Below, in pieces: positions 40,597 through 50,880 of a stretch of 64,000 bases of DNA. This stretch comes from Candidatus Latescibacterota bacterium (GTDB lineage Bacteria; Latescibacterota; UBA2968; UBA8231). The first letter of the stretch is position 1, and the number at the start of each line of letters is the position of its first letter. A program made the translations under genes and the position numbers. The notes under the pieces were generated by a model that was given only the letters and a program-made list of their open reading frames with translations, searched no databases and was not told where the DNA came from. The DNA is taken from contig CBDCSU010000006.1 in assembly GCA_965221775.1 (NCBI GenBank), positions 832,001 through 896,000 on the forward strand, given 5' to 3'.

Positions 40597-41763
40597 TCAC
40601 GCGGCGGCCCCCTCGGCGGGCGGCGGACGCCCATCGGCGATGACGGCGCGCACCACCTCGGCCGAGCGCCGGCCCAGGGCCTCGACGCTGAACTCGGCCT
40701 GCACCCGCAGGCGCGCCTCGCGTCCCATGCGGCGCCGCGCCTCGTGGTCCGAGAGCAGGTGGAGGAGGCCCTGGGCCGTGGCCGCCGGATCGTCGGCCGG
40801 CACCAGCCACCCCGTGCGCCCGTGGACCACCACCTCCGGGGTCCCGCCGCCGTCGACGCCGACGCTCGGCAGGCCGAAGGCCCCGGCCTCGATGTAGACG
40901 TTTCCCAGGCCCTCCTCGACGCTGGTGAGGGCGAAGACCGAGGCGCGGCCGTACTCCGCCCGCAGGGGCGCCGAGCGCGGGCGCAGGGCGCCGACGAAGA
41001 CGACGCGGCGGGCCAGCCCCAGCTCCCCGGAGAGGCGCTCCAGGCGGCCCCGCTCGGGGCCGTCCCCGACCACCGTGCAGCTCAGGCCCGGCATCTGCGC
41101 GGAGGCGGCGGCGACGGCGCGCAGGACCACGTCGACCCGCTTCTGCCGCGTCAGCCGGGCGACGGTGAGCACGGAGGCAGGGGTCCCGGGGCCCCCCGCC
41201 TCCACGGGGCCGCCCGCGGACCAGGTGAAGTCGAAGGCGGGATAGCTGACGAAGAGGCGGTCTGCCTCCACTCCCCGGGAGGCGGCGAGGCGCGCCATGC
41301 CGCGGCTGGCGGCGGCGACCCCCGCCGAGCGCCGGTAGGCCCGGCGCAGGGCCAGGCTCTCCAGGCGCCGCCACGGCCCCCTCCCCGGCAGGCGCGTGCG
41401 CAGGTCGCTGCCGCGGGCGCTGGTGATCAGCGGACACGGCAGGTGCGAGAGCAGGCCCGCCACGCGCGTGCCCATGCCGTTGGTCGTCCACAGGCAGTCG
41501 GGCCGCAGCCGCTCCAGCTCCCGGCGGAGGGCGCCGAGGCAGCGGCCGTAGCGCTGCAGGGCGCCGGCCGCCGGCCGCAGCCGCCGCACCGGAAAGGGCA
41601 GGCCGTCCTCGGCCACGGCGGGTCCCATGGTCAGCACGTGGACCTCGACCCCCTGCGACGCCAGCCCCAGGGCCAGGCCGCGCGCGTAGGCCGCGGTCCC
41701 CGCCGCCTCGGGCGGAAAGCGCGTGCCGAAGAGGAGCACCCGGGGCGCCGGCCGCTCAGCCAT
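40597..41763 (-). CDS. Glycosyltransferase family 4
   Basis: FPP, VARL..QK, VGDGPER, EGLGNVYIEA (ExxxxxxxE). Confidence 0.9.
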   Translation of the reverse strand: MAERPAPRVLLFGTRFPPEAAGTAAYARGLALGLASQGVEVHVLTMGPAVAEDGLPFPVRRLRPAAGALQRYGRCLGALRRELERLRPDCLWTTNGMGTRVAGLLSHLPCPLITSARGSDLRTRLPGRGPWRRLESLALRRAYRRSAGVAAASRGMARLAASRGVEADRLFVSYPAFDFTWSAGGPVEAGGPGTPASVLTVARLTRQKRVDVVLRAVAAASAQMPGLSCTVVGDGPERGRLERLSGELGLARRVVFVGALRPRSAPLRAEYGRASVFALTSVEEGLGNVYIEAGAFGLPSVGVDGGGTPEVVVHGRTGWLVPADDPAATAQGLLHLLSDHEARRRMGREARLRVQAEFSVEALGRRSAEVVRAVIADGRPPPAEGAAA

Positions 41764-43009
41764 GGGGACCCGGCTCCCGGCCGCCGGTGGCGGCGATCCA
41801 GGCGAAGCGCACGGCGTGGACCGCCAGGGTCGCCGCCATGGCCCAGGCCATGGCCTGGAAGGCGGTTTCCGCCGCCCCGAGGGCGGTGCCGAGCGTGAGG
41901 ATCACCAGGTGGACGTTGCGGCGGGCGGCGATCAGGTGGAAGGCGGCGTCGAGGGGCCGGGCGTCGAACAGCTCGCGGCCGAAGAGGGCCTTGAAGCCGC
42001 CGGTGCAGAGCTTGTCCAGGAGGAAGGCGGCCACCAGGGTCCAGCAGGCGAGGGCGGCCGGCGACGGGGTCAGCAGCCGGCCCTCGGTCAGGTGCCACCC
42101 GAGGGCGAGGAACCACAGCCCGAGGCCGGGCATGGCGGCGGCGTGCTCGAGGGCGCCCATGCGGTCGCTCAGATTGACGGTGAGGCGGGCGAGCTTGCCG
42201 TCCACCGAGTCGAGGAGGACGCCGGCCCAGGCGCACAGGATCCCGGCCCCCAGGCGCCCGGCGGCGAAGCAGGGGACGGCGGCCCAGATGCCGGCGACGG
42301 AGAGCACGGTCAGCAGGTTCGGGGAGACCGTCGTCCGGCTCAGGCGCCGGGTGAGGAAGCGCACGAGGTGGTAGTAGCCGTAGCGGGCGACGACGTCGAT
42401 GACGCCCTTGAAGGTGCGGTGGAACATCCGCCGGTCGATCTGGCGCAACTGCCGCGGATCGGTCAGGCGGATCAGGAAGGGCGGCATGGTGAGCCGCAGC
42501 TCCGGGACATAGCGGTCGAGGTCGCCGGCCTCCACGGCGCGCAGGGGCCCTCCGGGCTCCGGCTCCCAGGGGCCGGCGTCCGCCGCCTCGCCCAGGAGGG
42601 CCGCCGAGGGCAGGTGGGCGGCGCCGGCGCCCTCGCCGCGGACCCGGCAGCCGGGGCCGGCGGCCAGCAGGTGGTCGAGGATCCGGTCGTCGACGACGGT
42701 GTCGCCCTCCAACAGCAGGACCGCGCCCTCGACGTGCTCCGCCAGCCAGCGCCGGGCCTCCCGCGAGCCGGGCACCTCCACGAGTCGGCGCTCCTGCGGG
42801 TGCAGGCGGTCCAGGTCGGGGCGGAAGCGGCCGGCGGAAGCGGCGGTCTCCGGGGTCACGCAGACCACGGCGCGGTCGAGGCCGCGGCGGCAGCCCTCGC
42901 GCAGGTGGCGCTCCACGAGGCTCATGCCCCAGAGGCGCCAGCCGGCGGCCGGGCGCGTGGCGTCGATGCACAGGGTCGGCGGCTGTCCGGGGGCCGCGGG
43001 ATCGTCCAT
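41756..43009 (-). CDS. CDP-alcohol phosphatidyltransferase family protein with NTP-transferase-like N-domain
   Basis: SPNLLT and LDSVDGKLARLT...MG motif. Confidence 0.8.
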   Translation of the reverse strand: MDDPAAPGQPPTLCIDATRPAAGWRLWGMSLVERHLREGCRRGLDRAVVCVTPETAASAGRFRPDLDRLHPQERRLVEVPGSREARRWLAEHVEGAVLLLEGDTVVDDRILDHLLAAGPGCRVRGEGAGAAHLPSAALLGEAADAGPWEPEPGGPLRAVEAGDLDRYVPELRLTMPPFLIRLTDPRQLRQIDRRMFHRTFKGVIDVVARYGYYHLVRFLTRRLSRTTVSPNLLTVLSVAGIWAAVPCFAAGRLGAGILCAWAGVLLDSVDGKLARLTVNLSDRMGALEHAAAMPGLGLWFLALGWHLTEGRLLTPSPAALACWTLVAAFLLDKLCTGGFKALFGRELFDARPLDAAFHLIAARRNVHLVILTLGTALGAAETAFQAMAWAMAATLAVHAVRFAWIAATGGREPGPHG

Positions 43010-43108
43010 GGGAGGGAAGGTGGAGCCGCCGCCGGGCCTCGGCAACCAGCGCCGGAAGCCGGCCGGCCCGGCCTTGAGCATGGGTGCCCGCCTTCGTAGA
43101 GTGCGCCC

Positions 43109-43702
43109 ATGGATCCCTCCGGCCCCCCCTCCCGGGCTCCCCTGCCCGACCCGCTCTCCGTGCGCCGCCTCGGCCTCGTCCTGGTCCTCGTCTCCCTCTC
43201 CGTGTTCTTCGCGGCGGGGCTGGCGATCTTCGCCTTCAGCCACCAGTCGCGCCCCTCCGGAAGCGATCTCTCCCTGCCCCCGGCCCTGTGGCTCTCGACC
43301 CTGCTGCTGCTGCTCTCGGGCCTGGCCGTCGAGGCGGCCGCCCGCCACGCCCGGCAGGCGCGGCTCTCCGAGGTCGGCCGCTGGGTGCGCCTCAGCTTCG
43401 TCCTCGGTCTGCTCTTCACCCTCGCCCAGGTCCTGGGCATGGCCTCCCTCCTGGCCCGGCACGAGCTGTCCCTGTCCACGGGCGCCTTCATCGGCCTGGA
43501 GGGCCTCGCCTTCGCCCTCGTCCTCATCCACGCCGTCCACGTGGCGGCGGGGCTGGTCCTGCTGGGGATGCTGGCGGTGCGCGCCGGCATGGACAGACTC
43601 GGCCTGGAGCACCTGCCGGCGGTGCGCAGCGCCGCCACGTACTGGCACTTCCTCGAGGTCGTCTGGGTGGTCCTGCTGATCGCGTTCTACGCCGCCGGCT
43701 GA
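43109..43702 (+). CDS. Cytochrome c oxidase subunit III-like protein
   Basis: STLLLLLSG, HAVHV..G, YWHFLEVVWVVL. Confidence 0.8.
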   Translation: MDPSGPPSRAPLPDPLSVRRLGLVLVLVSLSVFFAAGLAIFAFSHQSRPSGSDLSLPPALWLSTLLLLLSGLAVEAAARHARQARLSEVGRWVRLSFVLGLLFTLAQVLGMASLLARHELSLSTGAFIGLEGLAFALVLIHAVHVAAGLVLLGMLAVRAGMDRLGLEHLPAVRSAATYWHFLEVVWVVLLIAFYAAG

Positions 43703-43712
43703 GCCGCCCGGC

Positions 43713-44738
43713 TCACGGCGTCGGCGCGTCCGCCCGGATCAGGCCCTCCGCCTTCAGCTCCGCCCACAGGTCCGCCGGTATCGGGCGGCTCCACGAGTCC
43801 AGGTTCGACCTCACCTGGTCCGGGTGCACGGCCCCGGGGATCACCGCCGAGACCAGCGGATGGGCGAGAGGGAACTGGATCGCCGCCGCCGGCAGCGGCA
43901 CCTCGTGGCGATCGCAGACCGCCTGGATGCGCCGCGCCTTGTCGAGGATCTCGGGGGACGCCGGACCGTAGGCGTACGTGGCGCCCTCCTTCGGGCCCGT
44001 CACCAGGATCCCGGAGGCGAAGGGGGCGCCGATGACGACGCTCACGCCGCGCTCCTGGCAGAGGGGGAACTCCTCGTCGAGGACGTCCTGATCCAGCAGC
44101 GTGTAGGGCATGGCGACGATGAAGAAGTCGAGGTCGACGAGGTCGATCAGGCGCGGGATGGCGGGCCTCACGTTGATGCCGGCGCCGATGGCGCCGATGC
44201 GGCCGTCGCGGCGCAGCTCCTCGAGAGCGCGGGCGCCGCTGGCGTAGAGCTGCGCCTCGTGGGCCGAGAGCCGCTGCTCGGTGGTCTGCACGAGACTGTC
44301 GAGGTCGTGGACCAGCAGCAGGTCGATGGAGGGCAGGCCGAGGCGCTGGAGGCTGTCCTCCCACGAGCGCATGATGCCGTCGTAGGTGTAGTCGTAGCGG
44401 AACTCGAAGGGCAGTCCGCCGGTCCAGACGCCGCGGTCGAAGCGCTCCAGGTTTCGGGCGGCCTGGAAGACGCGGCCCACCTTGGTGGAGAGCACGTACC
44501 GCGAGCGCTCCTGCCGCCGCAGGAAGTCGCCCGTGCGGTGCTCTGAGAGGCCGTGGCCGTAGTACGGGGCGGTGTCGAAGAGGCGCATGCCGCCCTCCCA
44601 GGCGGCGGCGAGCGTCGCCTGCGCCTGGTCGTCCGGCACGCCCTCGAACAGCTCGCCGAGGTGAGCGCCGCCGAAACCGACCTCGGTGACGGTGACGCCG
44701 GTCTTTCCGATCCTGCGTTGGGAGAGGGTTTTCGTCAT
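43713..44738 (-). CDS. Aldo/keto reductase
   Basis: FDTAPYYGHGLSE, STKVGR, SLQRLG, LLVHD. Confidence 0.92.
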   Translation of the reverse strand: MTKTLSQRRIGKTGVTVTEVGFGGAHLGELFEGVPDDQAQATLAAAWEGGMRLFDTAPYYGHGLSEHRTGDFLRRQERSRYVLSTKVGRVFQAARNLERFDRGVWTGGLPFEFRYDYTYDGIMRSWEDSLQRLGLPSIDLLLVHDLDSLVQTTEQRLSAHEAQLYASGARALEELRRDGRIGAIGAGINVRPAIPRLIDLVDLDFFIVAMPYTLLDQDVLDEEFPLCQERGVSVVIGAPFASGILVTGPKEGATYAYGPASPEILDKARRIQAVCDRHEVPLPAAAIQFPLAHPLVSAVIPGAVHPDQVRSNLDSWSRPIPADLWAELKAEGLIRADAPTP

Positions 44739-44838
44739 CGGATCCTCGGTTCGGGTCTTGGCCGAAGGCCCTTTTGAGGCTGCCGCCGGGCTCACGTTAC
44801 ATTCCCCGCATACCGCTCACAAGAGACGAAGGAGAACC

Positions 44839-45966
44839 ATGGACCTGCACCGAAGGTACGGCCTGCGCCGCGTGATCAACGCCTGCGGCAAGATGACCCA
44901 CCTTGGGGGCGCCATCGTGCTGCCCGAGATCGCCGCCGCCGCCGCCGAGTCGATGCGCCACTTCTTCGTCCTCGACGAGCTGCAGGCCGCCGCCGGGCGC
45001 GCCATCGCCGCTTCCTCCGGCGCCGAGAGCGGCTGCGTCACCGCCTGCAGCGCCGCCGGCATCACCCTCGGCGTGGCCGCGTCGATGACGGGGGCCAACC
45101 TGCCCAAGGTCCTGCAGCTGCCCGACACCACCGGCCTTCCCGACCGGGTGCTGATCCAGAAGGGGCACTGCGTCAACTACGGCCAGCCGGTGACCCAGGC
45201 GATCCGCCTGGCCGGGGCCCGCCCCGTGGAGCTGGGATCGGTGAACCGCTGCACCGAGGAGGAGCTGGTGGAGGGGCTGTCCGGCGAGGGCGTGACCGCC
45301 GTGCTCCACATCGAGTCCTTCCACACGGTGCAGTTCGGCTGGGTGCCGCTGCCCCGCGTCGTCGCCCTGGCCCACGAGCACGGCGTGCCCGTCATCGTCG
45401 ACGGCGCCGCCCAGGACCTGCGCCTGCGCGGGCTGATCGCCACCGGCGCCGACCTGGTGATCACATCGGCCCACAAGTTCCTGTGCGCCACCACCGGCGG
45501 CATCGTCGCCGGGCGCAAGGAAATGGTGGACGCCGTCTACCTGCAGAACCGCGGCATCGGCCGCCCCATGAAGGCCGGCAAGGAGGCGATCGTCGGCGCC
45601 ATGGCCGGCCTGGAGTACCGCGAGGCCGAGGACGTGGCCGCCTGGACGGCGGAGCAGGACCGGCGCGTGCGGCGCATCCTCGACCGCCTGGCGCCGGTGC
45701 CGGGACTGGCCCTGGGCGTCGATCCCGACGCCAACGGCTGCCCCTTCTCGCGCGCCCGCCTGACGCCCGACCCCGGGACCACCGGCCACACCGCCGCCTC
45801 CCTCGCCGAGGCGCTGGCCGAGGGCGATCCCACCGTCGTCGTCCGCGCCCACCACACCGACCAGGGCTACATCTGGCTCGACGCCATCGAGATGACCGAC
45901 GACGAGATCGACCATACCTGCGACAAGGTGGAGCGGATCCTCACGCAGAAGAGCCCGGCCTCGTGA
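44839..45966 (+). CDS. SelA-like PLP-dependent enzyme (DgaE family)
   Basis: VINACGKMTHLG, IQKGH, VDGAA, SAHKFL, GIGRPMKAGKE. Confidence 0.85.
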   Translation: MDLHRRYGLRRVINACGKMTHLGGAIVLPEIAAAAAESMRHFFVLDELQAAAGRAIAASSGAESGCVTACSAAGITLGVAASMTGANLPKVLQLPDTTGLPDRVLIQKGHCVNYGQPVTQAIRLAGARPVELGSVNRCTEEELVEGLSGEGVTAVLHIESFHTVQFGWVPLPRVVALAHEHGVPVIVDGAAQDLRLRGLIATGADLVITSAHKFLCATTGGIVAGRKEMVDAVYLQNRGIGRPMKAGKEAIVGAMAGLEYREAEDVAAWTAEQDRRVRRILDRLAPVPGLALGVDPDANGCPFSRARLTPDPGTTGHTAASLAEALAEGDPTVVVRAHHTDQGYIWLDAIEMTDDEIDHTCDKVERILTQKSPAS

Positions 45967-46703
45967 AGGTCCTGCTCGTGGGCGGCTCCGGCCACGTGGG
46001 CACCCTCGTCACGCCCTACCTGCAACAGGTCCACGAACTGCGCGTCCTCGACCTGGCGCCGCCGTCCCGCGACGTCGACTTCGTCGAGGGCTCCATCGCC
46101 GATCCCGAGGCCCTGGCCGGCGCCCTGGACGGAATGGACACCTTCATCACCATGGTCATGAAGGGCGGCCAGGGCGGGTTCACCCGCGACCACACGCCGC
46201 AGCTGGCCATCGACAACTACACCGTCAACTGCCTCGGCCTGCACCTGCTGCTGCTCGCCGCCCACGACCTCGGCATCCACTGCGGCATCCACACCGGCAC
46301 CATGAGCCAGCACCACCGCGGCCGGGAATGGTACCCCGGCGAGGACCACGTGCCCCTCGACGGCCCCAACGTGTACGGCCTCACCAAGGGCCTGGCCGAG
46401 GGCATCTGCCGCTACTTCGCGCGCGAGTTCCGGATGAACCTGGCCGTCTTCCGCATCACCGGCCCGTCGACGCGGGAACGCTTCATCGAGCGCCGCAACA
46501 GCCCGCCCGTGGCCGGCGTCGTGCCCACCGACGAGGAGGACCTGGCCCGGGCCTACCTGGCCGGCCTCGACTTCGTGCGCGAGGGCCGCGGCCGCTTCGA
46601 CGCCTTCTTCATCGCCGGCGACGAGAACAACCGGGAGGTCAACCTCTCCAAGGCCCGGGCCCTGCTCGGGTGGGAGCCGCGGAGCCACCTGCTGCTGCCC
46701 TGA
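45963..46703 (+). CDS. NAD-dependent epimerase/dehydratase
   Basis: GGSGHVG Rossmann motif, YGLTK, LGWEP. Confidence 0.85.
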   Translation: MKVLLVGGSGHVGTLVTPYLQQVHELRVLDLAPPSRDVDFVEGSIADPEALAGALDGMDTFITMVMKGGQGGFTRDHTPQLAIDNYTVNCLGLHLLLLAAHDLGIHCGIHTGTMSQHHRGREWYPGEDHVPLDGPNVYGLTKGLAEGICRYFAREFRMNLAVFRITGPSTRERFIERRNSPPVAGVVPTDEEDLARAYLAGLDFVREGRGRFDAFFIAGDENNREVNLSKARALLGWEPRSHLLLP

Positions 46704-46778
46704 CACCCGGCGCCTTGACCTGGTTCAGGCCGCCCGGGTAGCTTCGCCTCAGACCCCTTTCCTTCCGGAGGATTCCCC

Positions 46779-47879
46779 ATGAGTCATCCCGCCGTCGGCC
46801 AACCGGCCCCACCGATCGACGTAGCTGAATGGATATCCGGCAGACCGGAGGGCGAGGAGGTGCTCGCCGGGAAGAATGTGATCCTCGAATTCTGGGGGAC
46901 CCACTGCGGTCCCTGCATCAGCGCCATCCCCCACCTCAATGAACTCGCCTCCACCTACGGAGGTCCGGAGACGCTGTTCGTCTCCCTGAGCCCGGAAGAC
47001 GCTCGCACCATCGAGCGCTTCCTAGAGAAGCGGCCCATCAAGGGCTCGGTCGCTGTCGATCGTGAGCGCGCGACCTTCGACGCCTACGGGATACGCAGCA
47101 TCCCCCGCACCTTCCTCATCGACGCGAAGGGGCTGCTCCGCTGGCACGGCCATCCCAATCACTTCAAGGCGGAACTGCTGGAGACGTTTCTGCGAGAGGA
47201 CCGGGTCCCCGAGGTGGCCGAACCTGCCGCACCGCCGGAGACCGCGCCCGTGGAAGCCCCGGATGCTCCCTTCTTCCTGCGGATCGACCGGAATGCCTCC
47301 GACCGCAGGGAGTACGGCTCATGCAACGGCGATGGACGTTTCGAGGCCGAGTTCCACGGGTGCCGGGCGGTGGTGGTGATCCGCGATCTGCTGGATCACC
47401 CCGGCTCCCGGCTCCGGATCGAGGGGAAGGAGCCGGAGGACCTGTGGGACGTGGAGCTGCGTTCCGCCAGCCCCCTGGATCCGGAGGCCGCAAAGCAGAG
47501 AGCCGTGGACGTGCTCTGCGACCTGTCGGGGGTCACGATCTCTCGTGAGTTGGAAGAGCGGGAAGGATGGAGGCTGACCTGTGACCAGCCGCGGATGACA
47601 GACATGTCGGACCTCGGTGGCGGCATGTCCACCCAGACATCACAAACACAGTTCACAGGCTCCAACATCACGATCGATCAGCTCGTCCATCATCTCGAGA
47701 GATCCACGGACGGAACCTTCTTCAACGAGACGCGGCTGCAGGGGAAGTACGACTTCACACTGCCTCTCGAACCCCTCGATGAGACACGGCGAGTGCTGGA
47801 AGAGGAGTACGGCATCGAGGTCGAGGCCGAGGTCCGCGCAGTGGAGATCGTGACTCTCCGCATCGTCGGCGACGCCTGA
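46779..47879 (+). CDS. TlpA-like redoxin fused to DUF3738-like domain
   Basis: EFWGTHCGPC...PHL, SIPRTFLID, and C-terminal NETRLQGKYDFTL. Confidence 0.75.
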   Translation: MSHPAVGQPAPPIDVAEWISGRPEGEEVLAGKNVILEFWGTHCGPCISAIPHLNELASTYGGPETLFVSLSPEDARTIERFLEKRPIKGSVAVDRERATFDAYGIRSIPRTFLIDAKGLLRWHGHPNHFKAELLETFLREDRVPEVAEPAAPPETAPVEAPDAPFFLRIDRNASDRREYGSCNGDGRFEAEFHGCRAVVVIRDLLDHPGSRLRIEGKEPEDLWDVELRSASPLDPEAAKQRAVDVLCDLSGVTISRELEEREGWRLTCDQPRMTDMSDLGGGMSTQTSQTQFTGSNITIDQLVHHLERSTDGTFFNETRLQGKYDFTLPLEPLDETRRVLEEEYGIEVEAEVRAVEIVTLRIVGDA

Positions 47880-47990
47880 ACCGGTCCCCGAACGCCTGAC
47901 CCGGGATAGGCGGCCCACCCGGCCACCCCCGCACCCCCGATCTTCGCCTATATTCCCGCCTCCCCCTCACGCACGGGAGCACCTGCCCAC

Positions 47991-49556
47991 ATGCATCTGC
48001 ACTGGTTCGACTTCCTCATCGTCCTCGTCTACGTGGGCGGCACGATCACCGCCGGCCTGCTGGCGCGCTCGGCGATCCGGGGCATCTCCGACTTCCTCGT
48101 CGCCGGCCGCAGCCTGAGAACGCACATGGCCGTGGCCACCATGGTCTCCACCGGCCTCGGCCTGGTGACGGTCATGTATTTCGCCGAGGAGGGCTTCGTC
48201 AACGGCTTCTCGCCCTTCCTCCTCGGGGTCATGGCCACCGGCGCCCACATCGTCATCGGCAAGACCGGCTTCCTCGTGAGCCGGCTGCGGCACCTGCGCA
48301 TCATGACGGTGCCGGAGATGTACGAACTGAAGTACTCCCGGGGCGTGCGCCTCCTCGGCGGCTGCATCCTCGGCCTGGCGGGCACCCTCAACATGAGCCT
48401 CTTCCCCATCCTCGGCTCCAAGTTCGTCGTCGGCTTCACCGGCATGCCGGAGAGCTGGACGAACCCCGTGATGATCGCCCTGCTCATCATCGTCGTGTTC
48501 TACACCCTCATGGGCGGCATGATCTCGGTGGTGCTCACCGACTTCGCCCAGTTCGTGCTGCTCACGCTGGGGTTCTTCCTCGGCACGTTCTTCATCCTCA
48601 ACCACCCGGACCTCGGCTTCGGCACCATTGTCAGCTCGCTGGAAACACACAAGGGGGCGGCCGCCTTCGACCCCATAGGCAACCCCTCCTACGGCTGGTA
48701 CTTCATCATCTACTTCCTGTGCGTCTCCTTCGTCGGCATCGTCTGGCAGCCGGAGATGTCGCGGCCCCTGTCGGCCGAGGACGCCCGCGTGGCGCGGCGC
48801 ATCTTCTGGATCCAGGGGCTGACCTCGGCCGGCCGCGCCGTGGTGCCCATGTTCTGGGGCGCCGCCGCCTTCGCCTGGACGCGGCTGCCCTCGTACGCCG
48901 GCGCCTACGCCCAGGACGGCCAGTCGGCGGTGCCGGAGATGCTCGGCCAGATCCTGCCCGCAGGCGCCGCGGGCCTGCTGCTGGCGGGCATGTTCGCCGC
49001 CTTCATGTCGACCCACGACTCCTACCTGCTGGCGTGGAGCGGCGTCATCGTGCGCGACGTCATCTCGCCGATCAAGGCGATGCGCGCCGGCAGCGCCCAG
49101 CAGCGCCACGGCGACGACACCTGGGGCGGGCTGAGCAGCCGCGAGGAGATCTACTGGACGCGGGCGATCATCATCTGCCTGGCCGTGCTGCTGGCGCTGT
49201 TCGGCATCTTCTTCATCGACCGCCTGCCCGAGACGGCGATGAAGTTCATGTACCTCACCGGCACCATCTACTTCGCCGGCACCGTGGGCACCGTGGTCCT
49301 CGGCCTCTACTGGAAGAAGGCCAACCGCGTCGGCGCCTACTGCGCCCTGATCCTGGGCGCCACCGGGCCCCTCAACTTCCTGATCATGGCCGTCTTCCCC
49401 GAGCTGGTGCCCGAGGCCCTGCGCGGCTTCGTGGAGAACTCGAACCTGACCAACTTCTCGAGCCTGATCCTCGGGGGCCTGGGCATGATCGTGGGCTCGC
49501 TGCTGACGCAGAAGAAGTACCCGCCCCGCCACATCGACTTCAGCGACATGGAGTGA
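47991..49556 (+). CDS. Sodium:solute symporter family protein
   Basis: DFLVAGRSL, YTLMGGMISVVLTDFAQ, AAFMSTHDS, GLYWKKAN. Confidence 0.9.
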   Translation: MHLHWFDFLIVLVYVGGTITAGLLARSAIRGISDFLVAGRSLRTHMAVATMVSTGLGLVTVMYFAEEGFVNGFSPFLLGVMATGAHIVIGKTGFLVSRLRHLRIMTVPEMYELKYSRGVRLLGGCILGLAGTLNMSLFPILGSKFVVGFTGMPESWTNPVMIALLIIVVFYTLMGGMISVVLTDFAQFVLLTLGFFLGTFFILNHPDLGFGTIVSSLETHKGAAAFDPIGNPSYGWYFIIYFLCVSFVGIVWQPEMSRPLSAEDARVARRIFWIQGLTSAGRAVVPMFWGAAAFAWTRLPSYAGAYAQDGQSAVPEMLGQILPAGAAGLLLAGMFAAFMSTHDSYLLAWSGVIVRDVISPIKAMRAGSAQQRHGDDTWGGLSSREEIYWTRAIIICLAVLLALFGIFFIDRLPETAMKFMYLTGTIYFAGTVGTVVLGLYWKKANRVGAYCALILGATGPLNFLIMAVFPELVPEALRGFVENSNLTNFSSLILGGLGMIVGSLLTQKKYPPRHIDFSDME

Positions 49557-49561
49557 GAGCG

Positions 49562-49714
49562 ATGGAAGCCACCACCTGGATCAGCATCTGGAAGGTCGTG
49601 TTCCTGCTGGCCTGCGCCATGTTCTACGTCACCGTCGCCATCGTCGCCATGAGGGGGTTCGGGGACGTGGCGGCCATGATCCGTGCGATGATCGCCCGGG
49701 CGCGGGAGTCGTAG
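49562..49714 (+). CDS. Small single-TM protein associated with the symporter
   Basis: MEATTWISIWKVVFLLACAMFYVTVAIVAMRGFGDV..., directly after the symporter. Confidence 0.65.
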   Translation: MEATTWISIWKVVFLLACAMFYVTVAIVAMRGFGDVAAMIRAMIARARES

Positions 49715-49781
49715 GGAACGGCCAGGGGCTCGGGAGGGCTGCCACCTCCCGGGCCGTCGCTTCACCAAGGAGGGAGGCACC

Positions 49782-50705
49782 ATGCGCACCTTCCTCGTTT
49801 CCCTCATGACCTTGGCGTCCCTCCTGGGGCTCGCCAGCGTCACCCACTCCCACGTCGGCGACCAGGTCTACTTCTTCCACGAGCTGCTCGACGAGGACCT
49901 GGACCGCATCGATCTGACCGACGGCAGCGTCGAGGACTGGCTCGAGGTCGTCGGCGAGCCCTCGCTGACGGCCAGCGATTTCTACTGGCTCTTCGGTGCG
50001 TACGATCTATCGGACTTGGACTTCCGCATCTGGCTCGCCTGGCACCAGGGCAGCGGTACTCTCTGGGTCGCCATGGAGCGCTTCGACGATCTCTACCTCA
50101 ACAACTACGACGGGGCCGGCCTCCACGAGATGGTGGGCTGGGACTCCAGTATCGCCTTCATGGTCGACGGTGATCACACCGGCGGGATCTACGGCCAGCT
50201 GCTCGGGATCAACTGCGAAGAATGCACGGACGAGCAAGTCCTGTGGAACCACCGGCAGGCGCAGCGGTGGATGGCGATCGCCGCGGCGCCCGGCGGCGGC
50301 GACATCCTGGACTACGACGGCGCCAGTGACTGGGTGATCCGGGCGCCGTATGCCGCAGCCGGCGGCGGGGTCATGGGCGAGAGCCCTGCGACGACGGTTA
50401 CCGAGTTCATGTTGACCCCCTTTGACGACCTCATCTACAACGACGAGGAGGCGTCCACGCCCTCCGAACTCTACCCCGGCAAGGTCATCGGGTTTTCGAT
50501 CTCAATGTGGGACAACGATGCTGTGGCTTGGGGAGGGCCCGCGCGTGTATCAATTTCGCTATCTGGCAATTGGCAGGTGATGATCAAGGCGGATCTCTTC
50601 TCCGACGGTTTACTCGTCGGCGCCGGGGAAGACCCCTCCCGCTACGACGACGTCTCCGCCGTGGAACCGTCCTCCTGGGGGCGGATCAAGGCCAGCTTCA
50701 AGTAG
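49782..50705 (+). CDS. Secreted CBM9/DOMON-like protein with C-terminal SWGRIK motif
   Basis: Signal peptide, GGAGG RBS, paralog of 1..831, ends SAVEPSSWGRIKASFK. Confidence 0.65.
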   Translation: MRTFLVSLMTLASLLGLASVTHSHVGDQVYFFHELLDEDLDRIDLTDGSVEDWLEVVGEPSLTASDFYWLFGAYDLSDLDFRIWLAWHQGSGTLWVAMERFDDLYLNNYDGAGLHEMVGWDSSIAFMVDGDHTGGIYGQLLGINCEECTDEQVLWNHRQAQRWMAIAAAPGGGDILDYDGASDWVIRAPYAAAGGGVMGESPATTVTEFMLTPFDDLIYNDEEASTPSELYPGKVIGFSISMWDNDAVAWGGPARVSISLSGNWQVMIKADLFSDGLLVGAGEDPSRYDDVSAVEPSSWGRIKASFK

Positions 50706-50880
50706 CTGGGTCATAGGACCGCCGACACGCGCCCCGGACTCGGCTTCAAGCAAGGAGGAGCACGATGCGAGTGCCGCACTTTCTGCTGCTGGCTCAGTTC
50801 CTGGCAACCTCTCAAGCACGAGGAATCTCACAGCCGCAGGGGAGGTATGGCTCGTGGTGAGAGAGACGAACGAGGGCTGA

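Noticed and set aside
44839-45966. True selenocysteine synthase selA
   Set aside because: It is shorter, has DgaE-like motifs, sits in a sugar-catabolism context, and no selB/selC is nearby.
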